This document shows positions 29,751 to 39,894 of a stretch of 59,980 nucleotides of DNA, piece after piece. The position numbers and the translations under genes were made by a program. The stretch is from the IMG/VR virus record IMGVR_UViG_3300017781_000005, positions 1 through 59,980 of that record; one strand, 5' to 3'. Origin of the DNA: a virus (Duplodnaviria; Caudoviricetes). Under the pieces are notes generated by a model. The model saw only the letters and a list, made by a program, of their open reading frames with translations. It was not told the origin of the DNA and ran no database searches. The stretch's first letter is position 1. Each line of letters begins with the position of its first letter.

Positions 29751-31178
29751 TTACAGTGCTATTCTCTTCCACAGAGCCAATATCTGATGCCTGTTTGTGA
29801 TGTTTACTGGTTTACCATCTCCAGTGGGATGGGTAGTCGTACCATGGCTTCGACTGCCGTCTAAATGATCTAGATATTCGCCACCAGGAACAGTACTGTC
29901 ATAGTATTCCATATCAATTATAGGCGAAGTATTTTCCATTCTGAAGTTGCTAAGATGCGTGTGTGCTGGTAGCTGTGGCGTTGTTAGTGTAACTGCGTTT
30001 GCTCCGCCCGTAGTTCTGTTAACATCTGCTGCCGCTAGTTTAACTACTCGTGAACCTGAAGAAATAGCCGAAACATCCACTACATCACGATCAATGTATA
30101 AGTTGTAAGCCGTGGAACTTAAAACAGTATAGTCTCCGTTACTTTGAGAAAATCCTGATATGGTGACAATATCACCAGGTACATAATCAAAAGTTCCATT
30201 TGCTCCAGAACTAGGAATCTCTAGTTTAGTATAGCTATTGGCAGGATCGTGTATGACATTCGTTATAGTGGTACCAGAGTCTACACCCATGACCATTCTA
30301 CCCTCACAAACACGCTCCCAAGTACCTGGTAAATTTAAGTCATCAGGACTACTTGATTTATCACAGACAAAAACAGATCCTACAGGATATATAAAGTTAA
30401 ACACTTGAGCAATCGCATTAGCATTCAGTGCATTTGCTGTACTAGTTGTACCTGTCACATCACCAGTTATAGTGCCCGCTACAGTTAAGTTTCCTCCTAC
30501 AGTCGCATTACTACTGGCAGCAATCGTAGTAAAGCTACCAGCGGCCGCAGTAGATCCACCAATAGCAGTGCCGTCAATTGCCCCGCCATTAATATCTGCT
30601 GAAGTTATAACAGCCGATGCAATAGGTGCACCAGCGGTGCCTAAAGTTGTTAGTCCGTCAACATTACCGCCACCAATATCGACAGTAGGAAGAGTAGAGC
30701 CAGATGTAACTGATAGTGTTCCCGCTAGAGTTACATTTGTAGGCAACATATCATTGTTTATTTGACCGGTAGATGTAATGGCACCGTCGTCAGCAATAGA
30801 TAAGTTCTCAACACCTTTTCTTATAATAAAAGCACTGTGATCAGTAGTAGTTTCAATAGACCAAGTCTCGGCTGTATTGAGTTTGAATTTTATCTTAGCT
30901 TCTGTAGCATCAGGTACAGAAATAGTAAGGTCACTCGTAACATCGAGCATACCAGTAACAGCTACCGTACCTCCAGTACCTGCTATAGGATAAATGTTAT
31001 TAGCATAAATTTTATCAGTAGTGCCGGCTAACGAAAAGTTTCCGTCTAAAGTAACATCACCTGCATTATTAGCATCTAAAGTCATTGCGATGTTTGCAAA
31101 ACTAATAAGAGAGTTAGTTTTGGACACCCACTGTGAAAATGTTTCTGCTGTTGTTAAATTTGAAATTGATACGCTCAT
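29751..31178 (-). CDS. Short fibre/baseplate pin protein with a gp10 C-terminal-like domain
   Basis: TF.QW..KTN N-terminus; IYPVGS..., GTWER..GR..GV, GGA..VTLT..QLPAHTH and W.R.A C-terminal signature. Confidence 0.7.
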   Translation of the reverse strand: MSVSISNLTTAETFSQWVSKTNSLISFANIAMTLDANNAGDVTLDGNFSLAGTTDKIYANNIYPIAGTGGTVAVTGMLDVTSDLTISVPDATEAKIKFKLNTAETWSIETTTDHSAFIIRKGVENLSIADDGAITSTGQINNDMLPTNVTLAGTLSVTSGSTLPTVDIGGGNVDGLTTLGTAGAPIASAVITSADINGGAIDGTAIGGSTAAAGSFTTIAASSNATVGGNLTVAGTITGDVTGTTSTANALNANAIAQVFNFIYPVGSVFVCDKSSSPDDLNLPGTWERVCEGRMVMGVDSGTTITNVIHDPANSYTKLEIPSSGANGTFDYVPGDIVTISGFSQSNGDYTVLSSTAYNLYIDRDVVDVSAISSGSRVVKLAAADVNRTTGGANAVTLTTPQLPAHTHLSNFRMENTSPIIDMEYYDSTVPGGEYLDHLDGSRSHGTTTHPTGDGKPVNITNRHQILALWKRIAL

Positions 31179-31366
31179 TTTGTTATCTCTTTAACTGTGG
31201 TCTCTAATAGTTCCATTGCCGATTCAAGTTTAGAGATTCTTGCTTCTAAACTTTTTATATATTTATCTTGATTGCGTTTCGCCATTGCTTGATGATACGC
31301 TTGCCTGTCGGTATTCACAATACCTGCACCGCTTATCGATCTAGCTAATCCTTCACTTTTTATCAT
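31175..31366 (-). CDS. Small coiled-coil protein (63 aa)
   Basis: ATGA overlaps with both neighbours; L.R...SGAI.NTD-like start followed by a heptad pattern. Confidence 0.7.
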   Translation of the reverse strand: MIKSEGLARSISGAGIVNTDRQAYHQAMAKRNQDKYIKSLEARISKLESAMELLETTVKEITK

Positions 31367-34300
31367 GTCAATGCTATCGCTCTGTAGTCAAAGATGTGTG
31401 GGAATAAGTTAATGTCCGGAGTAATAGAACTCAACTCAGGCGTATTTAACTCAGAATCAGTAGTTCCATGTCTCATCACAAACTTCAACTGGAAAGTCTT
31501 GTATGTAGTATGTAAAGCATAGTCGCCAGATGTTTCTTCTTCATCAAAGTTATACTCAAACTCTCTATAATCTTTAGTGTTACTTGCGTTAGAGTAGAGA
31601 TCAGGACTGTCGTTTCTCAATTTCAACCAAGGTCCTTGCTCTTCAACATTTTCAGGATAAACAAATCTTCCATAGACATCGACAAATGTTCCTGCCGGTC
31701 TGTATGCCGCTAAGAATACTCTCATGCCTACAGCATCTAAATCTTCTTCTAATATAACTTCTTTTGTTATGAAAGCAGACGATGTTGCATCAGTGTTCGT
31801 TATATGATATTGATAAGCGAATAACTCAGACAACTTCGCATCAATAATTGGAGATGCCGCTGTAAATCCATTGTTACCTAGTTCAATCTTAATTTTAAAG
31901 TCTTCAGCTAAATCATTACTCACTCTATAACTCTTACTCATAATCGTTCTAAGATTATTAGTTGTATACACATTAGCGTTCTTATCAATTGACTTATCTA
32001 CTGTTCCATCTTGATTCAATAATGACAATTCAGTCAATGTATTAATAGAGTTGTTGATTAAGACTTGAGGCTGGAAGTAACTTATCTTTTCATTCGTTAC
32101 ACCCTTAACTCTAGCCGAAGCTCCGCTGTCTGCGCCTAGAATGAGTTGATCATTAGGTCTAGCCGCACCTGCTCCAGAAGTGCCTGCACTAGTCGCTTCA
32201 AATTGATATCCCAGAGCAACTTTACCTGAAGGAACACCCGCATCTTCCCAGTGCTGTGTAGTTGTAGTCGGCAATCCTAAGTTAGTGATTGTATACAATG
32301 TACCTGATTGCAGACTACCTATATTAACAGTAGGGCTATCGTCTATGTAGTTTGTAGAAGTAGCACTACTTTCTCGCAAGAAAAGTTTGTCTGGTTTTCT
32401 AGGATTGAAGTGTGAAACTTTACCAGCAACACATACTGTAACAGTAGCACTTGTAGTGTCTTCAAAGAAAGATGTATCCATAGTGAACACTTTAGTATTT
32501 CCTGCTGTGTCTACTGCAAGTACTCTACCCACCACATACTCTGTTCCGGAATTGTTTTCGATGTGTAGATAATCTCCTACAGCAATCGCAGGAGTTCCTT
32601 GAATCGTAACAATGTTTAATTCTGCTCCTGAAACACTTGCTGTAAATGTGTCGGACTTCTTAATGTATGCCACTTCATCTATTTCGAATCTACGAGTTGC
32701 ATCTTCAATGCTTACAAACTCTAAATCATTAGGAGCCAAGTTTACAGATGCATCGGCAGTTGAGAAATCATATCTATTTACACTAAACTTAATGTCTTCA
32801 TCTTGATAAGATTTCCAAGCACTATCGTTTGTTGAGGTGAATAGTACACCGTCACCCCAATCATTAGTAACTGCTACATTCGAAGCAGTTGATCCTTTAG
32901 AAAGACTTGTCTCACCCACTTTAGAAGTGTAGATTAAGTAATCTGGAGAGTTAGCATCAGGAATAACTACGAAAGAGTATTCTCTGTCAGACATCAACTT
33001 CACAGGATTATCGAAAGCGAATTTCGTTGTAAGAGTACCGTCAGCACTAACAACAACTTCTGACGAGTTTAAATGCTTGCTTGCAAAAGGCAATACATTC
33101 TTAGAAGGATATCCGTTGACAACTTCTCGTATTTGTAAAGTCACGCCCACATTAGCACTCTTCTGTTTAAAGTAAACATCGATGTCGCTTATCAGCGCAA
33201 TGTTAGCATCATTAGTACTCGAAGCCTTTACTTTGAATGTTTGAGCAATAGGATCACCAACTGTTCTTTGAATTTCTCGTGTAACGATATCGACTTTAGT
33301 GTCAAAGTCAACACTTCGTGTGGTCATGTTCACATCGCTTTTGTTTATTGCAAAGTTATAGCCTCTATAAGTTGCTCTTCCATATGATGTAGAAGCAGAT
33401 TCAATACTAGTGTATTGATCAACATCGACAATCTCAAGAACATTTTCACCAACAAAGAATGTTTCTGCAGGAATAACAAACACAGCAGAAAGTGTACCGT
33501 TGGCATCACTTCGTGCTGGAGCTCCTTTACCGTATGTTGAATTCGTTGAATGCCATCCACCTGCAGATATATTTGCAACATCTAGCGAGGAACTGTTTGC
33601 CGAGTTAAGCGGTATTACTGGTCCCGGAGCAACATGAGCATCAACAGATTTTTCATCGAAGTAGAAATAATGTCTAGTGTTAGGTCTTAAACCAGTGACA
33701 AGAACTTTAACAGCCTTTCTTCTTAGATAAGGCTTCATGTTTACATCTGTAACAAAGTTACCTATAGCTTGGTTTAGATTGTTTGTAGAAGATGATAAAC
33801 TCTTCTGCTCGATAGTTTGTTCGATAGTTAATCTTCTTCTGCGCCTACCCGTTCTTCGAGTAGCAGTTACTTCTTCATCAATAACCTGTTCACTGGTCAA
33901 AGGCATAATATCTTGAAGATCGTCAACTAAGTCTAAAATAGGACCAGCTAGATCGATGTCGATATCGACTTCTGGATTCTTGATAACATCATAACCAGAA
34001 TCAAACGGAGGATCAATTACAGTCTTACCTTGATAGTCATAAAAGTTTGATACACAGTTTCTGAAGTTAGTAGCATAAGGCTGACCTATAACTTCTACAT
34101 TTGTTCCAGTCTTAGCAATAGTCACTACATCTGGGAACGAAAGTTGTACGCCTGTTCCAGAGTCTGCTTTTAAGTCTAATGGAAACTGATTGACGGCAGG
34201 AGAAATAACAGTTCTGCCTTTATCTAAAGTCGCTTTAAATCCTGAATCAGTGATCTCTGACAGATTTAAATCTTTGAAAGAGTCTGCAAGTATACCATTT

Positions 34301-36933
34301 TTGAATCGACTTGCGCCAGAAGCATCAGTTATTAACATACTGTTAGACTGTTGCTCTAACATACTCAAAGATACGACATTCACCAAAGAGTCAATTCGTT
34401 TTTCTATTCTTCCTATATCTTCCATCTTGTAAGTTTTAGTTGCGATATTCGAAACAGTAATCTTATCTTCGCCAGTGATATCAGAAGTATTTCCTGGTAT
34501 TCTAATGTTAGCTATAGGATACAGACCTTCTGTTCTAGGAACACTTGGATTCTCACTTTCTCCGCCCTTGACTAATTTAATATTAGAATACTCGTCTAAT
34601 ACAACACTGTCAATTCTTGACATATGATAAGTTTGATCCGCTCTAGCTGTAGCATTGACAGCAGGTATAACGGCTCTAGACTCAATGACTAAAGGAATAC
34701 CTACCCAGATTATTAAAGGTGCACCACCAGAAGTGATACTAGGGTTAGACAACTTTTGAGCATAAGGTCTAAAGTCATATGAGTTAAATAGATTATACTC
34801 TGTGCCGTCTTTAGCAGAATATTTTTGAATTAAGTTTCTATTATCATTAAAAGAAGAGTCACTATAACTATCTACTGTTAAGAAGCCTCCTCCAATAGAA
34901 CTATTTCTAGCAACATATTTGAATCGAATCAATAGATCATTATTTGTAAGAGTTTCTCCACCTCGCAACTCTAGATAAGATATATCGTAGAATCCGTCTT
35001 TCTGATTGTTGATGAGTCTAAACTTAGAAGTAACATCAACTGCATTGTTTATCACTCTACCAAACTGATCTTCTACACTTAAAAGTTTTACTGCGTTGGG
35101 AACACCGAGAACAGCTTTGCCCTGTGTGAATACAACTTTAATATATCCCTCTTGCAAAATCAAACTATCTTCTTCTAAAGCATCCACTCTATTATAGTAT
35201 AGTGTGTCTATGTTAGCTGGAGTAGTTACCACTACATTAGCACCATCATAGTTCGCTGATGTAACAGTTTCGATATAGTTACTGGCATTAATCGCTACGA
35301 TATCTGTGTTCAAAGGATTACCATCGTTTGCGTTTAATGTGATGCTGTTAGAGTCTATGCCTGATAGCCTGACTCTTCGAGCAACTTTAATGTCCTGCAT
35401 AGTTTGCATACTGTTTTTACCAGTATCGAATATCATAGCGCCTTTATTAGACTCGAATAGATATGCAGATTCGCCCGCAGATGCAAGAGATTCAGTTCCG
35501 TTAGCGGCAACCTTAACTAAAGGTACAGCATTACCTTGTTGACCTGTAAGGCCTATCTTGTTAGGAGCGACTGCTAATTGATCAGCTTCTTTTACAATTG
35601 CGTAAACATAAATTTTACCAAAAGATGTTGAGTCTGTAGAACTATGAACAATGTTTGCAATAGAGCATTTGCCCACTAATGTGCTGTCGTGATAAAGAGA
35701 ATATCTTGCATTCGAACCACCGCTTATTAAGAAGTCGTAGAGAACTCTACTGTTATTATCATGAGAAGAGTACTTGTAATATTGTCCATAGCTAAAGCCT
35801 GTAACCTGATCATCTTTGCTTTGTGTCAAAGAGACAGGCGTTATAGGAAGTTTAGTAGGAGAAACATTGGTAACTTCTCTACCGTAAACAAACGCTTTAC
35901 CAGGAGATATATTTACGAATGCGGTATCGCTTTGTTTTTCAAGCGAGGCTCTCATACCATTGGTCACATAATTGCCTGACTCTTCATATGTTCTTCTAGC
36001 TAACTCGTTTCCTAGAGTATTAAATTCGGTTTTATCACGAATACGAATGGGCTTACCGTTTACATATCTTACTAGTGCAAAGAACTCAGTGGGTTCTTCA
36101 GCAGTAGGATAAGATACCAAAGTAGGAACAAGTTGCAGTCTATCAGCGCCCGGGGCATTCTCGTTATTAAATCCTGAAGCATTATCAAGAAGAGTTGTGT
36201 CTGTGTCTGAATCAATAAGATTTTCTTTAACAGAGAAACCTACAGAAACATTGTTGATTACAGTATCGTCATTGGCATCTTGACCAGGTATGTTACGATA
36301 CTTAGTTACAATAATGAACTGATTGTCTACAAATATAAAGTGTCCTTTTTGATAGATAACACCTTCTTCACACGATACGCCAAACGATCTACCTTCGTGA
36401 TTATCAACACTGGCTACTGTGACAGTTTCAACAACATTTGAGTTTGAGTCTAAAATCTCTAGAGTTTCATTTTGTAAGAATCTTTTTACATCATTTTGAT
36501 TATCTAAACCAGTGTTCAAATACTTAATAAAGAAAGTTTTCAAATCTGGATTTTGTGTCTGAAATCCATTTTGACCTTTAATAATTTCTGCTTCTAGAAG
36601 AGACTTTGTGCCTCTGGCCTTAAATGTAGTGGCTGTACCATCTTCTGCAATAACTTGATCATATATAGCGGGATTAGAAAATCCAGCTTTATCATTTAGT
36701 TTCACATAGAACAAATCATCACGAGCAGTCAAGTTAATACCGCTAATGATAGTACCTTCTTTGTACACATTCGATCCGAATCGTTCTACCTGCTTTTGCA
36801 GAATAGTCTGAAGCTGAGTTAGTTCTCGTGCTTGTACCGCTTTCGCAGGTTTAAACAAGACACGGTTAAACTGCTTCGCTTCATCAAAATCATCGTAGTA
36901 CGGATCTACATTTAAGTCTGTATTGATACCCAT
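31363..36933 (-). CDS. Giant virion structural protein (DUF4815/VrlC-like)
   Basis: LNV.PYYDDFD...RVLFKP...VQARELTQLQ.ILQ.Q, APGADRL, LARRTYEESGNY, RFKNG...DSF and DPIAQTF motifs. Confidence 0.85.
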   Translation of the reverse strand: MGINTDLNVDPYYDDFDEAKQFNRVLFKPAKAVQARELTQLQTILQKQVERFGSNVYKEGTIISGINLTARDDLFYVKLNDKAGFSNPAIYDQVIAEDGTATTFKARGTKSLLEAEIIKGQNGFQTQNPDLKTFFIKYLNTGLDNQNDVKRFLQNETLEILDSNSNVVETVTVASVDNHEGRSFGVSCEEGVIYQKGHFIFVDNQFIIVTKYRNIPGQDANDDTVINNVSVGFSVKENLIDSDTDTTLLDNASGFNNENAPGADRLQLVPTLVSYPTAEEPTEFFALVRYVNGKPIRIRDKTEFNTLGNELARRTYEESGNYVTNGMRASLEKQSDTAFVNISPGKAFVYGREVTNVSPTKLPITPVSLTQSKDDQVTGFSYGQYYKYSSHDNNSRVLYDFLISGGSNARYSLYHDSTLVGKCSIANIVHSSTDSTSFGKIYVYAIVKEADQLAVAPNKIGLTGQQGNAVPLVKVAANGTESLASAGESAYLFESNKGAMIFDTGKNSMQTMQDIKVARRVRLSGIDSNSITLNANDGNPLNTDIVAINASNYIETVTSANYDGANVVVTTPANIDTLYYNRVDALEEDSLILQEGYIKVVFTQGKAVLGVPNAVKLLSVEDQFGRVINNAVDVTSKFRLINNQKDGFYDISYLELRGGETLTNNDLLIRFKYVARNSSIGGGFLTVDSYSDSSFNDNRNLIQKYSAKDGTEYNLFNSYDFRPYAQKLSNPSITSGGAPLIIWVGIPLVIESRAVIPAVNATARADQTYHMSRIDSVVLDEYSNIKLVKGGESENPSVPRTEGLYPIANIRIPGNTSDITGEDKITVSNIATKTYKMEDIGRIEKRIDSLVNVVSLSMLEQQSNSMLITDASGASRFKNGILADSFKDLNLSEITDSGFKATLDKGRTVISPAVNQFPLDLKADSGTGVQLSFPDVVTIAKTGTNVEVIGQPYATNFRNCVSNFYDYQGKTVIDPPFDSGYDVIKNPEVDIDIDLAGPILDLVDDLQDIMPLTSEQVIDEEVTATRRTGRRRRRLTIEQTIEQKSLSSSTNNLNQAIGNFVTDVNMKPYLRRKAVKVLVTGLRPNTRHYFYFDEKSVDAHVAPGPVIPLNSANSSSLDVANISAGGWHSTNSTYGKGAPARSDANGTLSAVFVIPAETFFVGENVLEIVDVDQYTSIESASTSYGRATYRGYNFAINKSDVNMTTRSVDFDTKVDIVTREIQRTVGDPIAQTFKVKASSTNDANIALISDIDVYFKQKSANVGVTLQIREVVNGYPSKNVLPFASKHLNSSEVVVSADGTLTTKFAFDNPVKLMSDREYSFVVIPDANSPDYLIYTSKVGETSLSKGSTASNVAVTNDWGDGVLFTSTNDSAWKSYQDEDIKFSVNRYDFSTADASVNLAPNDLEFVSIEDATRRFEIDEVAYIKKSDTFTASVSGAELNIVTIQGTPAIAVGDYLHIENNSGTEYVVGRVLAVDTAGNTKVFTMDTSFFEDTTSATVTVCVAGKVSHFNPRKPDKLFLRESSATSTNYIDDSPTVNIGSLQSGTLYTITNLGLPTTTTQHWEDAGVPSGKVALGYQFEATSAGTSGAGAARPNDQLILGADSGASARVKGVTNEKISYFQPQVLINNSINTLTELSLLNQDGTVDKSIDKNANVYTTNNLRTIMSKSYRVSNDLAEDFKIKIELGNNGFTAASPIIDAKLSELFAYQYHITNTDATSSAFITKEVILEEDLDAVGMRVFLAAYRPAGTFVDVYGRFVYPENVEEQGPWLKLRNDSPDLYSNASNTKDYREFEYNFDEEETSGDYALHTTYKTFQLKFVMRHGTTDSELNTPELSSITPDINLFPHIFDYRAIALT

Positions 36934-36949
36934 GAGTTATTCTCTTTCC

Positions 36950-38983
36950 TTAAAAGTCGAACAAGAATTTAATCTTTTCTTTTGTTAGTGGTTTTCTTTC
37001 AATAGGAGAAAAATCTATAAAATGTAAAAGTTCTCCACTATATGAAACATATGCTCCATATTCAATATCGTTGAAAGTATTTATACTCAAAGTATTACTG
37101 CTTTGAGATTGCTCTGTAGGTTTAATCTCTACTCTTCCCGGCAAGAAATCATTTTGATGATCTCCAGAATCATTTATAATCTTAATTACGGTTTTGTTAG
37201 TATTACCAGAAGCAGTTGTACCGGTATAAGTGCTTGAGTGTACTAGCCCTTTAACAATCTCGATGTCTTTATCGGCATCAGGAGCATCTACGACAAAAGC
37301 AATTTTAGCCACTTTAGACGAGTCAACGACTACATTACTTGCCGCAATAAACTTAACTCCTGCAATAACTTCACCATTGATCTTGTCAGCAGATGTTACG
37401 CCCATAGTTTCCCACTCAGAAACACTTAGATTTCCTAAGTCGTTAATAACATATTTTTTACCAGCCTGTAATTCCGTGATATTAACAGTTTCCACATACT
37501 GTTGAATATAGTATCCTGGTACTGCCACTGCTGTCTGATCGTTAGATATTGTGAGTGATGTTCTATTGTCAAAAGATCCTGGAGAAACATCAGTACTAGT
37601 GTAAGGACCAGAACCCGTTATCTTATAGAAAGAAGGATTTTTAACTAGTCCCACTTGAGTATAGTAATTACTTTTTGGAATAGACTCTGATTCGCCTGAG
37701 AAGTTAGTTACAATCGCAAGTCTACTCATTGCCATTTCATTAATAGGATTTGAACCATGACCACCTTTAGGTGAAACAACAACACGAAGAGTAGTAGGAC
37801 TAGTATCTGTCAATCCTTTAGGGTTAACTACTTCTGCTGTTGCAAACTTATAATTACTACCTTTGGTCTCATAAGCAATTCTTTCTAAAGTACCAAACCT
37901 GTTTATCACTCCGTAAGCCCTTGCTCTGACGCCTCCAACCCCAGGACTAGTGACGAGTACTTTAGGCACGAGTTCACAATTATCAGGAATGGTATCGGAT
38001 GTTTTAATTGTAACTACAATTTCTGCTAGAGATGAACTAGATCCTGAGTCTATGATCTCGTATAGTTTACCAGAATCTGAGGCTCTGAGATACATATTTT
38101 GATAGTAGTCTTCGGCATTAGATAAGATCGAATTATTTTGAACATTTAAACTGATCTGCTGTCTACCTGCTGTAAGAGCAGACTGAGTGTTTTTCCCAAC
38201 TCTAGAATTATTAGCACCAGTATTAAATACGAACTGATCAAAATGGTTAGATGGAGTTTCTTCGATTATTATTTGCGATACACACTCTTTTGCATTTGCT
38301 TTAACCTCGTTATCACCGCCAGAGGTAGGCAAAGGAAGACTGTTGCTCGTCTTATAGATTTGTGCTTCTGAAGCAACTACAGTAAACATATAATGCCAAA
38401 TATACTTATCACTGGTTTCAATAGCTTGATACCCAGTCGTAGTTAAATCAGCAACAACAGTTTGTGGACTAGTGTATGAAGGCTCTCCACTATTATTTTC
38501 AATACACTTAAAAATCAAATAGTCGTCATCTGAACTTCTAATACTAACAATTGAGTTAGACTTTTCTATGTCTACTGTATCGTCATAAGCATCATAGACT
38601 GTGCCTGGTGTCCAAGGATTCTCATAGAACATGAATCTAGCATTATCATTATCTATCTTATTGCCGAATATAACCTTTCTTTGAAAATCTCTTTTATCAT
38701 TTTGTGTATTTTGTATAGTCGGTACATTGTCTATGTTTGACAATGCTCTAGATGCCATTATATAATACTCAGATTCTGGTCTAAGTGCCTGTAGTTGCAC
38801 TTCAACAATTTTTTTAACCTCTGCTATGTTGCCGCTATCGAGTGCATTGCTAAATGTTGCCGCATTCAAAGCAGTTAACTCAGTTTCAAACCTTGAAGCG
38901 AGTACATTATTTTGATTTTTAAAAGAGTTAAACAACTCATGTGTTGTTTCAACTTTAAAATTTTCTGTAATAATTTTTGCCAT
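36950..38983 (-). CDS. gp8: Baseplate wedge subunit gp8 (extended)
   Basis: W..GT.YD.YDD, FKCI.NN.G.PS..., D.Y.W.YMFT, SP.GGHGSNP..E and the C-terminal SGE.L.IDF.PI.R...EKIK..DF motifs. Confidence 0.82.
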   Translation of the reverse strand: MAKIITENFKVETTHELFNSFKNQNNVLASRFETELTALNAATFSNALDSGNIAEVKKIVEVQLQALRPESEYYIMASRALSNIDNVPTIQNTQNDKRDFQRKVIFGNKIDNDNARFMFYENPWTPGTVYDAYDDTVDIEKSNSIVSIRSSDDDYLIFKCIENNSGEPSYTSPQTVVADLTTTGYQAIETSDKYIWHYMFTVVASEAQIYKTSNSLPLPTSGGDNEVKANAKECVSQIIIEETPSNHFDQFVFNTGANNSRVGKNTQSALTAGRQQISLNVQNNSILSNAEDYYQNMYLRASDSGKLYEIIDSGSSSSLAEIVVTIKTSDTIPDNCELVPKVLVTSPGVGGVRARAYGVINRFGTLERIAYETKGSNYKFATAEVVNPKGLTDTSPTTLRVVVSPKGGHGSNPINEMAMSRLAIVTNFSGESESIPKSNYYTQVGLVKNPSFYKITGSGPYTSTDVSPGSFDNRTSLTISNDQTAVAVPGYYIQQYVETVNITELQAGKKYVINDLGNLSVSEWETMGVTSADKINGEVIAGVKFIAASNVVVDSSKVAKIAFVVDAPDADKDIEIVKGLVHSSTYTGTTASGNTNKTVIKIINDSGDHQNDFLPGRVEIKPTEQSQSSNTLSINTFNDIEYGAYVSYSGELLHFIDFSPIERKPLTKEKIKFLFDF
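37078..37085 (-). promoter_or_regulatory. Probable late promoter in the 3' end of gp8 serving the DUF4815-like gene
   Basis: Exact TATAAATA 145 nt upstream of the 36933 start. Confidence 0.55.
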
Positions 38984-38999
38984 TATTCTTTCCGTTTAA

Positions 39000-39893
39000 T
39001 TAAACTGTTCGTTGTTCTCTCGTACTTGGACCTATTATATAAGGATACTCAGGTAGCGTGAGATTTGAATCTTCAAATGTTAAAAAGTATGCATATGTAC
39101 CAGACATATAATCTGGAGTCTTACAGTATCTTCCGTTAAACTCGTCAAGTGTTCCTGTCTCTGAAACAGGATTATAAACATAGTCTTCTATAAATGCTCC
39201 TGAAGGAACTTCTCCAAAGTTGAAATTTCTTCCTTGAGCTGGAGTTGTTAACTTTTGGTACGAACTTCTCATTCTGACTACAGAACTGAGAGGGTCATTT
39301 GGATTCTCAAATCCGTAAGGTCCGTATATAGGATAACCATCAAAAGCAAACCCTATTATCTTAGAGTGGCCAGAAGTCATTGCATCTGATCCACCATGTC
39401 TTAACTTATCTGCTCCAAAGTTTCCGGCTACATCTCCTGAACTATAGTAAGAACTAGAATTGAAAAACTTTGTATTTCCAACCATTCCGTTGCTGTAAAA
39501 TGCTCCACTTCTATATGTATATTTTCCACCCTGATCAGGTTTTCCATCACACGCATCCGTTATGAAGTCGTTGGGTAGTTCGATCTCGTTCCATGTGAAA
39601 TTCGTTGGCGCACTTTTCAATGATGTGGGCAAACTTCTTATTGCTGATGCCGATGTAAATATAGGAACTCCGTTTGTTGTTATACCTATTGCACTTTGTA
39701 CATCAGTTCTTACGACTTCAGGATCTCTAGTATTACTTCCTCCTCTATAAGTGAAAGTAAAGCTATAATCTTGATCAAATATAGCATATGATGGAAACTG
39801 TCTAGAAGTAGCTCCGTCATTCGAGAAACTATTGCCTATTCCAGCTTTTACTGGATGCGGATCACCGTCTGATGTAATTTTTAATGTTGCCAT
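39000..39893 (-). CDS. YHYH-domain-like protein with a degenerate signature
   Basis: IG...NGVPI, HSKIIGFAFDGYPIYGPYG, LDEFNGR...TP.Y..GTY.YF.T and YPY.IGP blocks; the YHYH position reads YTYR. Confidence 0.75.
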   Translation of the reverse strand: MATLKITSDGDPHPVKAGIGNSFSNDGATSRQFPSYAIFDQDYSFTFTYRGGSNTRDPEVVRTDVQSAIGITTNGVPIFTSASAIRSLPTSLKSAPTNFTWNEIELPNDFITDACDGKPDQGGKYTYRSGAFYSNGMVGNTKFFNSSSYYSSGDVAGNFGADKLRHGGSDAMTSGHSKIIGFAFDGYPIYGPYGFENPNDPLSSVVRMRSSYQKLTTPAQGRNFNFGEVPSGAFIEDYVYNPVSETGTLDEFNGRYCKTPDYMSGTYAYFLTFEDSNLTLPEYPYIIGPSTREQRTV

Positions 39894-39894
39894 T

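Noticed and set aside
13112-36933. Diversity-generating retroelement acting on the fibre genes
   Set aside because: No reverse transcriptase and no near-identical TR/VR nucleotide pair seen; the repeats are diverged and visible only at protein level.
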